Assembly: GCA_963839705.1 (NCBI GenBank)
Contig: CAWIWL010000013.1
Coordinates: 453,950-517,949 of the forward strand
Origin: an uncultured Acidobacteriota bacterium
Lineage (GTDB): Bacteria; Acidobacteriota; Vicinamibacteria; Vicinamibacterales; 2-12-FULL-66-21
DNA: 64,000 bases
Reading direction: 5' to 3'
Below, one piece after another: positions 10,256 to 19,801 of this stretch. The notes under the pieces were generated by a model. It worked only from the letters and a program-made list of their open reading frames with translations. It did not search any database and was not told the DNA's origin. Position numbers and translations under genes: made by a program. The number at the start of each line of letters is the position of its first letter. Position 1 is the stretch's first letter.

Positions 10256-10389
10256 CGGTTGGCTGGCCGCCATCAACAAGATTGCATTAGAGCGTCGCCG
10301 CTGCGATGATGTGTGGCCGCTGGTGAACACTGGCTGTTGGCCAGACAGAGACTCAAACGCGTGCTCCCGACTCCACGTGTGACTCCGCC

Positions 10390-10935
10390 ATGAGACAGCT
10401 CGATCGCGTTCTCGTGGGTATCGCCCTTCTCGGGTTTTGCCTGTCCGCTGTAAATTGCGAGCAGCGCGCAGCGCCGGTGCAGCCGGGAATAGAACTACCG
10501 GATCAATCCAACATGCCATCCTGGGAGGGAGCGTGGAGCATCATCGGCCGAGGGTCGATCGTTGCGAGATTCACTCAGACGTTCACGCCGCTCAAATCCA
10601 GGCTCACCGCTGTCGAAATCGACGTCATGACCGGCAGTCGAGGACGTGGCGGAGACGTCATAACTGTGAGGATCTTGGATGCCAATAGAGAGCTGGCCAC
10701 CGCATCCCGGCCGGTAGAGGAAGGTTTTGACGGCATGCTTCGGTTTGATTTTCCGTCGCCAGGCGTCAGCGTCACACCAGGCTCCCCGTTGCACTTGCTC
10801 GTGGAAGACACCAACAAAGATGTCTTCGGTTGGCGGTACGGCCTGAACACGTATCCGGGCGGAGTTGCGTATTTCAACGGCTCGCCCTGGAACGACGGCG
10901 CCTTCGACTTTCGTTTCAGGACCTACGGATCCTGA
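10390..10935 (+). CDS. Hypothetical lipoprotein
   Basis: 181 aa with a lipobox-like signal (LLGFCLSAVNC), in a lower-GC patch. No family recognised. Confidence 0.6.
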   Translation: MRQLDRVLVGIALLGFCLSAVNCEQRAAPVQPGIELPDQSNMPSWEGAWSIIGRGSIVARFTQTFTPLKSRLTAVEIDVMTGSRGRGGDVITVRILDANRELATASRPVEEGFDGMLRFDFPSPGVSVTPGSPLHLLVEDTNKDVFGWRYGLNTYPGGVAYFNGSPWNDGAFDFRFRTYGS

Positions 10936-10988
10936 GCAGTTTCAACCGTGGTGGAGCCATTGCGTCAACGCTCTGTTTGGAGTGATAC

Positions 10989-12074
10989 ATGAATCGCCGG
11001 CGTCATCATCATCTTCTTCTCCTTGCATCCGTTCTTGTCGCCGCGGTCGCGGTTCACGCGCAGCCCATCGATGAGGTCGTCAAGGGGTGGATGGAGAAAC
11101 AGCACGTGCCCGCCGTGTCCATTGCCGTGATCAAGGACGGCTCTCTGGTCAAGGCGGAGGCGTATGGGTTTGCGGATGTGGAACATCGAGTTCCTGCCCG
11201 GCCCGATACGGTCTTCAAGATTGGATCGGTGAGCAAACAGTTCATTGCTACCGGGATCATGCTGCTCGTTCAGGACGGCCGGATGGCGGTGGGCGACAAG
11301 GTCAGCAAGTACCTGCCAGGGACGCCCGCCACGTGGGAGGCCATCACGATTCGGCATCTGCTCACCCACACCTCCGGCATCGTGCGTGAGGCGCCGGGAT
11401 TCGACCCTTACAAGCTGCAGCCCGAGATCGCCGTCATCGAAACAGCGTATCCGGTTCCGCTACGGTTCACGCCGGGAGAGAGATACGAGTACTGCAACGT
11501 CGGCTACTTTGCACTGGCAGAAGTCATCACAAGAGTCAGCGGAAAACCGTGGGCCGACTTCCTCAGCGAGCGGGTGTTCATTCCGCTGGGCATGACCGCC
11601 ACGCGGGTGACGACGCTCGCGGACATCGTCGCCAACCGCGCCCGGGGCTACGCGTGGAAGGCGGGCACACTGCAGAACGAGGACGACTGGCCGGCGGTGC
11701 GCCCGAGCGGCGCCTTCCTCTCGACCGTACTGGACCTCGCAAAGTGGGAGACGGCGCTGCTCGGTGACCAGGTTCTGAAGGCACCAACCAAGAAGGAAAT
11801 GTGGACGCCGGTGACGCTGAATGACGGGCGAACCTACCCGTATGGATTCGGCTGGCAGCTCGACGACTGGCCCGCCGGTTCTCCGGCTCCGACCGGTGAG
11901 CCGATGATTCGGCACGGAGGGTCGATGAATGGATTCCGGGCAGCCTATTCACGCTGGCCGAGCCGGCGTCTTGCCGTGATAATCCTGACGAATCTCTCTG
12001 ACGCCCCCTACGAAGGTCTGGCAGCAAACATCGCGATCCGGTACGTCCCTGAGCTCAGAACATCGCCGCGCTGA
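10989..12074 (+). CDS. Serine hydrolase, beta-lactamase (class C/PBP-like) family
   Basis: Signal peptide, SxxK motif (FKIGSVSKQF) and YxN (YEYCNVGY); 361 aa. Confidence 0.85.
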   Translation: MNRRRHHHLLLLASVLVAAVAVHAQPIDEVVKGWMEKQHVPAVSIAVIKDGSLVKAEAYGFADVEHRVPARPDTVFKIGSVSKQFIATGIMLLVQDGRMAVGDKVSKYLPGTPATWEAITIRHLLTHTSGIVREAPGFDPYKLQPEIAVIETAYPVPLRFTPGERYEYCNVGYFALAEVITRVSGKPWADFLSERVFIPLGMTATRVTTLADIVANRARGYAWKAGTLQNEDDWPAVRPSGAFLSTVLDLAKWETALLGDQVLKAPTKKEMWTPVTLNDGRTYPYGFGWQLDDWPAGSPAPTGEPMIRHGGSMNGFRAAYSRWPSRRLAVIILTNLSDAPYEGLAANIAIRYVPELRTSPR

Positions 12075-12102
12075 GTTAGTTTAGAGCGTTTTTCATTTGT
12101 CC

Positions 12103-12156
12103 GTAGTGTCCGCCTTTAGGCGGACACGCTGAAGTCCGGCTAAAGCCGGACACTAC
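12103..12156. repeat. Inverted pair of GTAG-hairpin REP-like elements (BIME-like)
   Basis: GTAGTGTCCGCCTTTAGGCGGACAC (12103-12127) and, in reverse orientation, GTCCGGCTAAAGCCGGACACTAC (12134-12156). Confidence 0.85.
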
Positions 12157-12201
12157 GCGCTACAAAGTAGTGAGAATCGCTCGAGCCTGCCCGCCGCGAG
12201 G

Positions 12202-13488
12202 TTACACGCCAGTCTTCAGGTATCCTCCCAGCGCGGCCAGCAGCCGATCCACTTCCGTCGGGCTGTTGTAGAAATGCGGGGAGACACGGATGCCGGCGCG
12301 ATCCTGGCCGCCGCGCGTCGTGATCCCGATCTTGTCCTTCTCGTAAAGCGCCGTTGCGAGCTTGTTGGCGTCGAGCGTGCCGGGAAGGAACGACACGACC
12401 GCGGCGCGCAGCTCGGGCGAGGGTGAGGTCCAGACCTTGACGCCGGGCAACTTGCCCAGCCCGGCGACGAGCTGCGTCGCTAGCTGACGTCCTCGCTCCT
12501 CGATCGCGGCGCGTCCGACCTTGTCCTGGAACGCCAATGCCGCGCGGAGCGCGATCATCGTGGCCTCGTCGCGCTGTCCGAAGCCCTCGAACGTCCGCGA
12601 GAAGCCCACCGCTCCGGGATAGGCGCTGTAGATGCTGGGCCAGAGCCGCGCCTGCGCAGTCCTGTTGACGAAGAGCACCCCGCACTCGCGCGCGCCGCAC
12701 GGCCACTTGTGGGCGCTCCCCGAGTAGAAGTCCGGCTGCATGTCACCGAGGTTGACGTCGAGCAGCCCGAAGCTCTGCGCTCCGTCGACGAGCGTCAAGA
12801 CACCGCGCTCGCGCGCGATCCGGCACAGCTCCTTGGCCGGCATCAGATCGCCAACCGTGCTCGAGAGGTGGGTGAAGCAGAGCACCTTCGTCCGCGGAGT
12901 GATGGCGCGCGTGAACGCGTCCGCGTAGTAATCGTGGCCGGGATGCGGGTTCTTCTGCTCGACCGTCACGACCGTGAACCCGAAGCGCCTGCCCTTTTCG
13001 CGCCAGGCGTTGAGGTTGCTCGGGTGGTTGTCCCCATGAACGATGACTTCGTCGCCGGCCTTGAGGTCCAGACCGTTCGACACGAGGTTGTTCGACTCGC
13101 TGGTGTTGCGCGTGATGATGATCTCGTCCGGCGTCACGCGCAGGAACTCCGCGAGCGCCTTGCGCGTGTTCTCCTTCTCCGGGTAGAGCCTGGCGCGATT
13201 GTTCGGCGACGGATCCCGATCGACGCTCTGCGTTTCGCGTTGAAGTGTCTCGAGTGCCGTTCTCGAGGCGGGGCACAGGTTGGCGGCGTTCATCACGGCC
13301 AGCTCGGGCGGCACGACGAACTGGGCGCGCACGCTCGTCCAGAACGTTTCGCCGGCAGACGTGCCTCCGATTGCGAGCGGGCCGCCCGCTGGGGCCTGCT
13401 GCGCCCACGCCGGGTCGCTGAAGAGCGCGGCGGAGCCACCGAGCGCGAAGAGGCGGGCAAAGTTGCGTCGCGAAACCGGCGATGACAT
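12202..13488 (-). CDS. Class V aminotransferase / cysteine desulfurase-like PLP enzyme with a Tat signal
   Basis: N-terminus MSSPVSRRNFARLFALGGSAALFSDPAWAQ is a twin-arginine motif. PLP-lysine context is YSGSAHKWPCG; 428 aa. Confidence 0.8.
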   Translation of the reverse strand: MSSPVSRRNFARLFALGGSAALFSDPAWAQQAPAGGPLAIGGTSAGETFWTSVRAQFVVPPELAVMNAANLCPASRTALETLQRETQSVDRDPSPNNRARLYPEKENTRKALAEFLRVTPDEIIITRNTSESNNLVSNGLDLKAGDEVIVHGDNHPSNLNAWREKGRRFGFTVVTVEQKNPHPGHDYYADAFTRAITPRTKVLCFTHLSSTVGDLMPAKELCRIARERGVLTLVDGAQSFGLLDVNLGDMQPDFYSGSAHKWPCGARECGVLFVNRTAQARLWPSIYSAYPGAVGFSRTFEGFGQRDEATMIALRAALAFQDKVGRAAIEERGRQLATQLVAGLGKLPGVKVWTSPSPELRAAVVSFLPGTLDANKLATALYEKDKIGITTRGGQDRAGIRVSPHFYNSPTEVDRLLAALGGYLKTGV

Positions 13489-13500
13489 GCTGGAGCCTCC

Positions 13501-14489
13501 GTGACGCGCATTGTAACAGGTGGACTGATACTATCGATTCCCTTGTCGGTCAAAGCCCGGAATCGCCGCGACCATGCGTGGCTTGCATACGCCGCCCTCC
13601 TCGTCGCCATCTCGGGAATTGCGTGGTCGGCGATCTTCATCCGCTGGTCCGACGTTCCGGGACCCTCCTCTGCTTTCTACCGCGTCTTCATCGCGGCGCT
13701 CGTGCTCGTGCCGTGGAGAGTCCTCTCCGCGCTGGTGTCAGCGCGTGAGCGCGCACGGGTTGCCCGCGTCAGCCGGCGGGCGTTCCTGCTGGCGCTCGTT
13801 GGCGGCGTCTTCTTTGGTTTCGACCTCGCCCTCTACAACACCTCCGTGATGCGCACGACGGCGACGACCGCGACGCTATTCGGCAACAACGCGCCGATTT
13901 TTGTTGGCATCGGGACGTGGATTTTTTTCCGGCGGCGGCCGACGCGTAAATTCTGGATCGGCCTGGCGCTCGCGATGTCCGGCGCCGCGATTGTGATGAT
14001 TGCCAACGCCGCGCGGCCTCAGGGCTCGACCGGCGATCTGACTGGTGCGCTCATGTCATTGGGCGCGGCGGCATTCTTCGCCGCCTACCTGCTCGCAACC
14101 GAACACGTGCGCGAGGAAATGGACACATTGACCTTCAGTACGATCGCCGTCGCTGGCAGCGTACTGACGCTGCTCGCCGTGTGCGCGATCGTGGGCGCGC
14201 CTTTGTCAGGTTTCGGCGCGAAACGTGGTTCGCGCTGATGGGCCTTGGCCTGATCTCGCAGCTCGGCGCCTACCTCGGCCTGGCGTACGCGCTCGGACAC
14301 CTTCCGGCCACCATCACGTCGGTCGGCCTCCTTGCGCAAGTGCCGTTGACGGCGATACTGGCGGTGCCGCTGCTCGGCGAGCCGCTCACCATACCCTACC
14401 TGGCGGGTGGCGCGTTGGTTCTTGCGGGGATATATGTGGTGACTCGGGCTCCGTCGGTTGCCGCTCGACAAGACTCAGGGCGAGCCTGA
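13501..14489 (+). pseudogene. EamA/DMT-family transporter with a frame break near 14220
   Basis: ORF 13501..14238 (multi-TM, ...AVCAIVGAPLSGFGA) and ORF 14181..14489 (...ETWFALMGLGLISQLGAYLGLAYALGHLPATITSVGLL...GEPLT...) form the two EamA halves. One missing nt after GCG (about 14220) restores SGFGAETWFALMGLG. Confidence 0.75.
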
Positions 14490-14556
14490 GCCAAAATCCA
14501 AGGGTCAACCGTCGGCGATTGATGCGCCGCCGCGAGGTTGCGATGACGGCCCTCGT

Positions 14557-15588
14557 TCAGGCAGATCGCGACTCTGTTGTGACCGTACGCGTGAGCTGGT
14601 CACGCAAGTGCGCGGTGATTTCGTACGAATGCACTCGCGCCGCATGATCGAAGACTTGCGCGGCGATGATGATCTCGTCGGCTTCGGTTCTGGTCAGAAA
14701 GTCGGACAGGCCGCGCCCGACGGTGTCTGGTGAGCCGACGATTGCCGTTCCCAGCACGTGCTGCAACTCCATTCGTTCGAGCGGCGTGAGCGCCGCCTCG
14801 AAACGATCCGGATCGACCGGCGGCGGTACCCGACCCAGTGTGCCCCGGCGGAGCGCGAGAAAAATCTGCTGGTGCGAAGTAAAGAGCCGCCGCGCTTCCT
14901 CGTCGGTGTCTGCCGCGACGACGTTGACGCCGAGCATCAGGTGCGGGCGCTCGAGCGCGCCCGGGACCGTCTGGGGACTGAACTGGCGGCGGTAGATGTC
15001 GATCGCCGACATCATCTGCGCCGGTGCGAAGTGCGACGCGAACGCAAACGGCAGGCCGAGCTCGGCGGCGAGCTGCGCGCCGAACAGACTCGATCCGAGG
15101 ATCCAGATCGGTACGTGCAAACCCGCACCAGGAACCGCTCTGACGCGTTGCCCCGGCGCAGGCTCGCGGAAGAGCGCGATGAGTTCCTGAACATCCTGTG
15201 GGAACGAGTCGACGTTCAGGTGGCGGCGCAGGGCCACCGCCGTCACCTGGTCGCTGCCGGGCGCCCGGCCCAGCCCGAGGTCGATGCGGCCGGGGAAGAG
15301 CGACTCGAGGGTGCCGAACTGTTCGGCGATGACGAGCGGCGAATGGTTGGGCAGCATGATGCCGCCCGCGCCGACTCTGATGGTCGACGTCCCGCCCGCC
15401 ACGTGCGCGATCACGACCGACGTAGCCGCGCTCGCGACGGCCGGCATGTTGTGGTGCTCCGCCAGCCAGTAGCGGTGGTAGCCCCACTGTTCAGCGTGCT
15501 GCGCGAGGTCCAGGCTGTTACGGAACGCCTGGGCGGCGCTGCCGCCCTCGACAATAGGGGCGAGATCGAGGATCGAAAATGGGATCAT
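14557..15588 (-). CDS. LLM-class flavin-dependent oxidoreductase (luciferase-like monooxygenase)
   Basis: [49 protein letters not shown]...[14 protein letters not shown] is a typical YhbW-like LLM N-terminus. Confidence 0.85.
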   Translation of the reverse strand: MIPFSILDLAPIVEGGSAAQAFRNSLDLAQHAEQWGYHRYWLAEHHNMPAVASAATSVVIAHVAGGTSTIRVGAGGIMLPNHSPLVIAEQFGTLESLFPGRIDLGLGRAPGSDQVTAVALRRHLNVDSFPQDVQELIALFREPAPGQRVRAVPGAGLHVPIWILGSSLFGAQLAAELGLPFAFASHFAPAQMMSAIDIYRRQFSPQTVPGALERPHLMLGVNVVAADTDEEARRLFTSHQQIFLALRRGTLGRVPPPVDPDRFEAALTPLERMELQHVLGTAIVGSPDTVGRGLSDFLTRTEADEIIIAAQVFDHAARVHSYEITAHLRDQLTRTVTTESRSA

Positions 15589-15804
15589 GTCGTTAGTTGA
15601 GACGTACGCGGCGGGGCTCAGGTCCCCGGCCGGCTGCGAAATGACAGAATAGCTACTCCCGTACTACGGTCCAAGCACGATGGCGACGATGACATGATGT
15701 TCACGATGGATCCGTGGAGTGCTCATCGTGAGCCTCGGCCGTCGGCGCGTTCAAGCTGGCTCTTGGTTCATGAGACAGGTTGTAGTCCTCGGAGGAACGA
15801 TCGA

Positions 15805-17184
15805 ATGACGTCACGAGTGTACCGGCTACTGGGCTGTCTCGGTCTTCTCGCCGCCGTATCGGTCGCGCTCGTGGCGGCTACTGAATCTTCCCAACCACAG
15901 ACATCTTCCCGACACGTCGTGCTCATCAGCCTCGACGGTTTCCCGAGCTGGGCGCTGGATGACCCGTACCTCCCCGTGCCGATGCTGCGCCGGCTGGCCG
16001 CGCGCGGGGCGGTAGCCAGGGGGATGCGGCCGGTGAACCCGACGGTGACATGGCCGAACCACACGACCCTCATCACCGGCGTCACGCCCGCGAAGCACGG
16101 CGTGCTCTTCAACGGCCTGCTCAAGCGCGACCCCGGCGTGCCGCCTCGCGTCGAGCCTTGGCTCCCGCGGGACGAGATGGTGCGCGTCAAGACCCTGTAC
16201 GACATCGCGCACGCACGCGGGATGACGACGGCGCAGGTCGACTGGGTGGCGATTCAAGCGGCGCCGACGGTGACCTGGGAGTTTCCCGAGCGTCCTGCGC
16301 CCGACGGCCAGATCGCGCAGCAGCTCGTCAAGGCCGGTGTTCTCTCGCAGGCGGAGCTCGAGACGTTTGCCACACGCAACATCATCTGGCGCGATCACAT
16401 CTGGACACAGGCGGCGGCGCACATCATCCGCCAGCACAAGCCGAACCTGATGATGTATCACCTGCTCAACCTCGACTCCACCCAGCATCGATACGGTCCG
16501 CGGACGCCCGCGGCGATGACGGCGATGGCGCACCTCGACGCGCAGGTCGCCGAGATCGTGAACGCGGTCGAACAGGCCGGGCTGACCGAGCGCACGACCT
16601 TCCTGGTCGTCTCCGATCACGGGTTCAAGCTGGTCAAGCGGCAAATCAGGCTCAACGCAGCATTCCTGAAGGCCGGCCTGCTCAAGGTTCAGGACGGAAA
16701 GATCGTCCAGTCCGAGGCGTACGTCGTGCCGGAAGGCGGGTCGGCAATCGTTTACTTGACCGTGCCGGATCCAACGGGCGACATCCTCGCTCGTGCCCGG
16801 AAGGCGATGGCCGGCATCGAGGGCATCGACGCCATCATCGAACCTGCCGATTACGGCCGCTTCGGCCTGCCGCTTCCGAGCGTGAACGACCAGATGGGTG
16901 TGTTTTTCATCACACCGAGGGAAGGCTACTCGTTCACGGCCGCAGCAGGGGACGATGTCGTGGTTGATGCGCCGGAGGGAAGTCTCGGCGCGCACGGCTA
17001 CCCGGCGACGGATCCGGACCTGAGCGCCCTCTTCATCGCGGCAGGTGCGGGTATCGCGCCTGGCACGAAGATCGACACGATCGACAATGTCGACGTGGCG
17101 CCGACCATGGCTGACTTACTCGGGTTATCGCTTGGAAACGTCGACGGGCGCGTGTTGCGGGAGATTCTGACACCCAAGCGCTGA
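15805..17184 (+). CDS. Secreted nucleotide pyrophosphatase/phosphodiesterase (alkaline phosphatase superfamily)
   Basis: Start at ATG 15805 after GGAGG, followed by a signal peptide. Motifs include VVLISLDGFP, the catalytic-Thr context NPTVTWPNHTTLITG, SDHGF, and GAHGY near the C-terminus. Confidence 0.8.
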   Translation: MTSRVYRLLGCLGLLAAVSVALVAATESSQPQTSSRHVVLISLDGFPSWALDDPYLPVPMLRRLAARGAVARGMRPVNPTVTWPNHTTLITGVTPAKHGVLFNGLLKRDPGVPPRVEPWLPRDEMVRVKTLYDIAHARGMTTAQVDWVAIQAAPTVTWEFPERPAPDGQIAQQLVKAGVLSQAELETFATRNIIWRDHIWTQAAAHIIRQHKPNLMMYHLLNLDSTQHRYGPRTPAAMTAMAHLDAQVAEIVNAVEQAGLTERTTFLVVSDHGFKLVKRQIRLNAAFLKAGLLKVQDGKIVQSEAYVVPEGGSAIVYLTVPDPTGDILARARKAMAGIEGIDAIIEPADYGRFGLPLPSVNDQMGVFFITPREGYSFTAAAGDDVVVDAPEGSLGAHGYPATDPDLSALFIAAGAGIAPGTKIDTIDNVDVAPTMADLLGLSLGNVDGRVLREILTPKR

Positions 17185-17260
17185 GACCTTGTGAAGCAAG
17201 GCGGAGGAGCGCAGCGAGCGAGCCACGCGAGCGGAGCGGGGCGTCGGGGTCCCCGCGAGG

Positions 17261-17320
17261 GCCCGCCTACGCCAAGGCTCCGGCGAGGTCTCGCCGTAGC
17301 GCTTCGCGCGAAGGCGGAAG
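17261..17320. repeat. GC-rich ~55-60 bp repeat (family 2), reverse orientation
   Basis: GCCCGCCTACGCCAAGGCTCCGGCGAGGTCTCGCCGTAGCGCTTCGCGCGAAGGCGG is related to copies at 28049-28103 and 29572-29623. Contains the perfect palindrome CTTCGCGCGAAG preceded by GTAGCG. Confidence 0.7.
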
Positions 17321-17333
17321 CGTGTAAGGGGGT

Positions 17334-17354
17334 CCGGGGGACGAAGTCCCCCGG
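17334..17354. terminator. Stem-loop CCGGGGGAC-GAA-GTCCCCCGG between convergent genes
   Basis: Perfect 9-bp GC stem with a 3-nt loop, 20 nt downstream of the stop at 17374(-). There is no U-tract, so intrinsic-terminator function is inferred only. Confidence 0.4.
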
Positions 17355-17373
17355 TGAGAGCTGACCCCGCTTG

Positions 17374-18657
17374 TTACTGTCCGGAGCCGGCAGGCGTCGC
17401 GACGGGCTCGAGCCGCAGGATCCCGCCGGGGTTGGCGTCGACGACGAGATACAGCAGCCCATCGGGGCCCTGGCGGACGTCGCGGATGCGCTGGCGCAGC
17501 GAACCGAGCATCAGTTCGCGTCCGGCGAGGCCTCGCCCGTTCATCCCGACGCGCCAGACACCCGTGCCAGCGAGCGCACCGAGGAAGAACTGACCCTTCC
17601 ACCCGGCGTACTTGTCGCCGCTGTAGATCACCATCCCTGAAAGGCCCGGCGACGGCGCCCAGAACATGAACGGCTGTTCCATGCCTTCTTGAGCGGGCTG
17701 CGGACTGATGACTTCGCCGCTGTACTCGCGGCCGAACGTGATGACGGGCCAGCCGTAGTTCTTGCCCGCCTCGATCAGGTTGAGCTCGTCGCCGCCCTGC
17801 GGGCCGTGTTCGGTGGCCCAGACGGCGCCGGTGTCGGGATGGACGGCGAGCCCCTGAATGTTGCGGTGCCCCCACGTGAAGATCTCGGGCTTGTATCCAG
17901 CCTTGCCCACGAACGGATTGTCGGGAGGCACGGAGCCGTCGTCTTTGAGCCGCAGGATCTTGCCGCCGTGGATGTTGGTGTTCTGCGCGCGGACGCGGTC
18001 GTTGCGCTCGCCGACGCTCATGTAGAGCATGCCGTCCTTGCCGAAGGCGAGCTTCGACCCGAAGTGGACGCCGCCCTGGTTCCAGTTGTCGGTGACGAGC
18101 AGGTCCTTCAGGTCGACGAGCGCCTTGCCGTCGAACCGCCCGCGCGCGAGCGCCGTCGTCCCCTCCTTGTCCTTCCCCTTCGAGTAGGTCAGGTAGACGA
18201 ACTGGTTCTGCGCGAACTGCGGATGGAGGGCGACCTCGAGCAGCCCGCCCTGGCCGACCGCAAACACTTCGGGGATGCCGGCTATCGGCAGAGGGTCGAG
18301 CGCGCCGCCGCGGACGATCCTCAGCTTTCCCGCCTTCTCGGTGACGAGCATGTCGCCGTTCGGCAGGAACGCGAGGCTCCACGGCGTCGCGAGGCCCTTG
18401 ACCAAGGGTACGACGCGCAGCTGACCGCCGAGCGCCTCGACCACCGGGGACCCGTCGGGGAACGGGAGCGAGGGAGGCCGCTGGAACCCGCCTGGGGCCG
18501 GTCCCTGTCGTCCGCCACCCTGTCGTCCGCCTGCCGGAGGCTGAGCCGCGCCGGCGGGCGGTTGCTGCACGGGCGGCGAAGCCATCAAGGCAGCCGCAGC
18601 CAACCCAATTGCCGCCGCTGTCACGCCGAGAGTTGTCTGTTTCATCGATGTCCGCAT
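17374..18657 (-). CDS. PQQ-dependent sugar (glucose/sorbosone) dehydrogenase, soluble beta-propeller type
   Basis: Start at MRTSMKQTT (ATG 18657, AGGAGA upstream), followed by a signal peptide. Motifs: LATPWSLAFLPNGDMLVTEKAGKLRIV and WGHRNIQGLAVHPDTGAVWATEHGPQGGDELNLIEAGKNYGWP. Confidence 0.8.
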   Translation of the reverse strand: MRTSMKQTTLGVTAAAIGLAAAALMASPPVQQPPAGAAQPPAGGRQGGGRQGPAPGGFQRPPSLPFPDGSPVVEALGGQLRVVPLVKGLATPWSLAFLPNGDMLVTEKAGKLRIVRGGALDPLPIAGIPEVFAVGQGGLLEVALHPQFAQNQFVYLTYSKGKDKEGTTALARGRFDGKALVDLKDLLVTDNWNQGGVHFGSKLAFGKDGMLYMSVGERNDRVRAQNTNIHGGKILRLKDDGSVPPDNPFVGKAGYKPEIFTWGHRNIQGLAVHPDTGAVWATEHGPQGGDELNLIEAGKNYGWPVITFGREYSGEVISPQPAQEGMEQPFMFWAPSPGLSGMVIYSGDKYAGWKGQFFLGALAGTGVWRVGMNGRGLAGRELMLGSLRQRIRDVRQGPDGLLYLVVDANPGGILRLEPVATPAGSGQ

Positions 18658-18703
18658 CTCGATCTCCTGTTGTTCTCGCGAGCTGCCTCGTGACTCTGCC
18701 CGT

Positions 18704-19567
18704 CTACGTCTGCCTGATGCCTCCGAGGACGCCGCGCATGTAGGCGAACGACTGGAGCATTCCCGGCAGCGGATTGTCCACATCGATCTCGTATTCGAGA
18801 CCGACATGACCCGTATAGCCGATCTTGACGAGCGCACGGAAGAGGGCGGGGAAGTCGATGGCGCCCTTCCCGACGATCACCTGGCTGTCACGATCCTTCA
18901 AGTTGCTCAGGTCCTTGACGTGGAGATCGTAGACCCGCTCGTGCAGCTCGAGGATGGCCTTCGTCGGATCGACGCCGGCGCGCCACGTGTGGCCGATGTC
19001 CACGCACAGCCCCATGTGCTTGTCGCGCCCTTTGACGTGCTTGTACACATCGTACGGCGACGGGAAGAACTTGTCCTCGGGGCCGTGATTGTGGATGGCG
19101 ACCTTGATGTCGAACTCCTTCGCCGTCTTCTCCACCGTGTCCAGCGCCTCGAAGCTCGGCGCCGCAACGATGAGCGGCATCCCGGCAAGCTTCGCGTATT
19201 CGAAGTCCTTGCGCACCTGCTCCGCGTCGCTCGGCTGCCAGCTTGGACCCTTCTGCACCCACGTGATGGTGCCGCCGCCCATGATCGTGAAGCCCGCGGC
19301 CTCGGTCTTGGCACGAGCCGCCTTGATCGCCTCGGGCGGATCGGTCCGGGGCAGATGCACATCCTTGAAATTGATGTATCTGACGTCGCAGGCCTTGGCC
19401 ATCTCGAGGGCCTTGTCGAAGGGGAACTTGCGCAGGGAATATGAGGCAACGCCGAGCTTCAGCTGATCGGGGGCCGCAGCCGCTGGCGCCGGCGAGGCAG
19501 CCCGACCGGTTACCTGAGGCAGAATGCTTGCGGCCGCCACCGTCGCCAGGAATTCACGTCGTCTCAT
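18704..19567 (-). CDS. Sugar phosphate isomerase/epimerase (xylose-isomerase-like TIM barrel) with a Tat signal
   Basis: MRRREFLATVAAASILPQVTGRAAS is a Tat-type signal. The AP-endonuclease-2/TIM-barrel layout includes IHNHGPED and CVDIGH. Confidence 0.8.
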   Translation of the reverse strand: MRRREFLATVAAASILPQVTGRAASPAPAAAAPDQLKLGVASYSLRKFPFDKALEMAKACDVRYINFKDVHLPRTDPPEAIKAARAKTEAAGFTIMGGGTITWVQKGPSWQPSDAEQVRKDFEYAKLAGMPLIVAAPSFEALDTVEKTAKEFDIKVAIHNHGPEDKFFPSPYDVYKHVKGRDKHMGLCVDIGHTWRAGVDPTKAILELHERVYDLHVKDLSNLKDRDSQVIVGKGAIDFPALFRALVKIGYTGHVGLEYEIDVDNPLPGMLQSFAYMRGVLGGIRQT

Positions 19568-19681
19568 CGGATTCCCTCCGTGAATGTCATCGAAACCAAC
19601 GCAGCATCATATCGCCTCTCAGAGCTTCGGGGCGATGGGGGACTGTTACGGGCAGCTGGCAGCTGGCTGTTGGTTATTCGG

Positions 19682-19780
19682 GGCTCGGGGATCAGGGATC
19701 AGGAAGATCCTTCCGATCTCGGCCGCACGACTAGGCGCTCAGGGCTCTTGGCCTGATCCCTGATCCCTGATCCCTGAGCC
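19682..19780. repeat. Inverted arrays of the heptamer GATCAGG flanking a ~48-bp spacer
   Basis: Left arm GGCTCGGGGATCAGGGATCAGG (19682-19703). Right arm CCTGATCCCTGATCCCTGATCCCTGAGCC (19752-19780) is its reverse complement with one extra unit. The structure ends 21 nt before the helicase start. Confidence 0.85.
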
Positions 19781-19801
19781 TTCGTAATGACATAATGATC
19801 C

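Noticed and set aside
17191-17260. GC-rich stretch GAAGCAAGGCGGAGGAGCGCAGCGAGCGAGCCACGCGAGCGGAGCGGGGCGTCGGGGTCCCCGCGAGG as a separate repeat family or ncRNA
   Set aside because: I could find only one copy in the window. It adjoins the family-2 repeat and may simply be part of a longer variant of it, so there is not enough evidence to call it separately.
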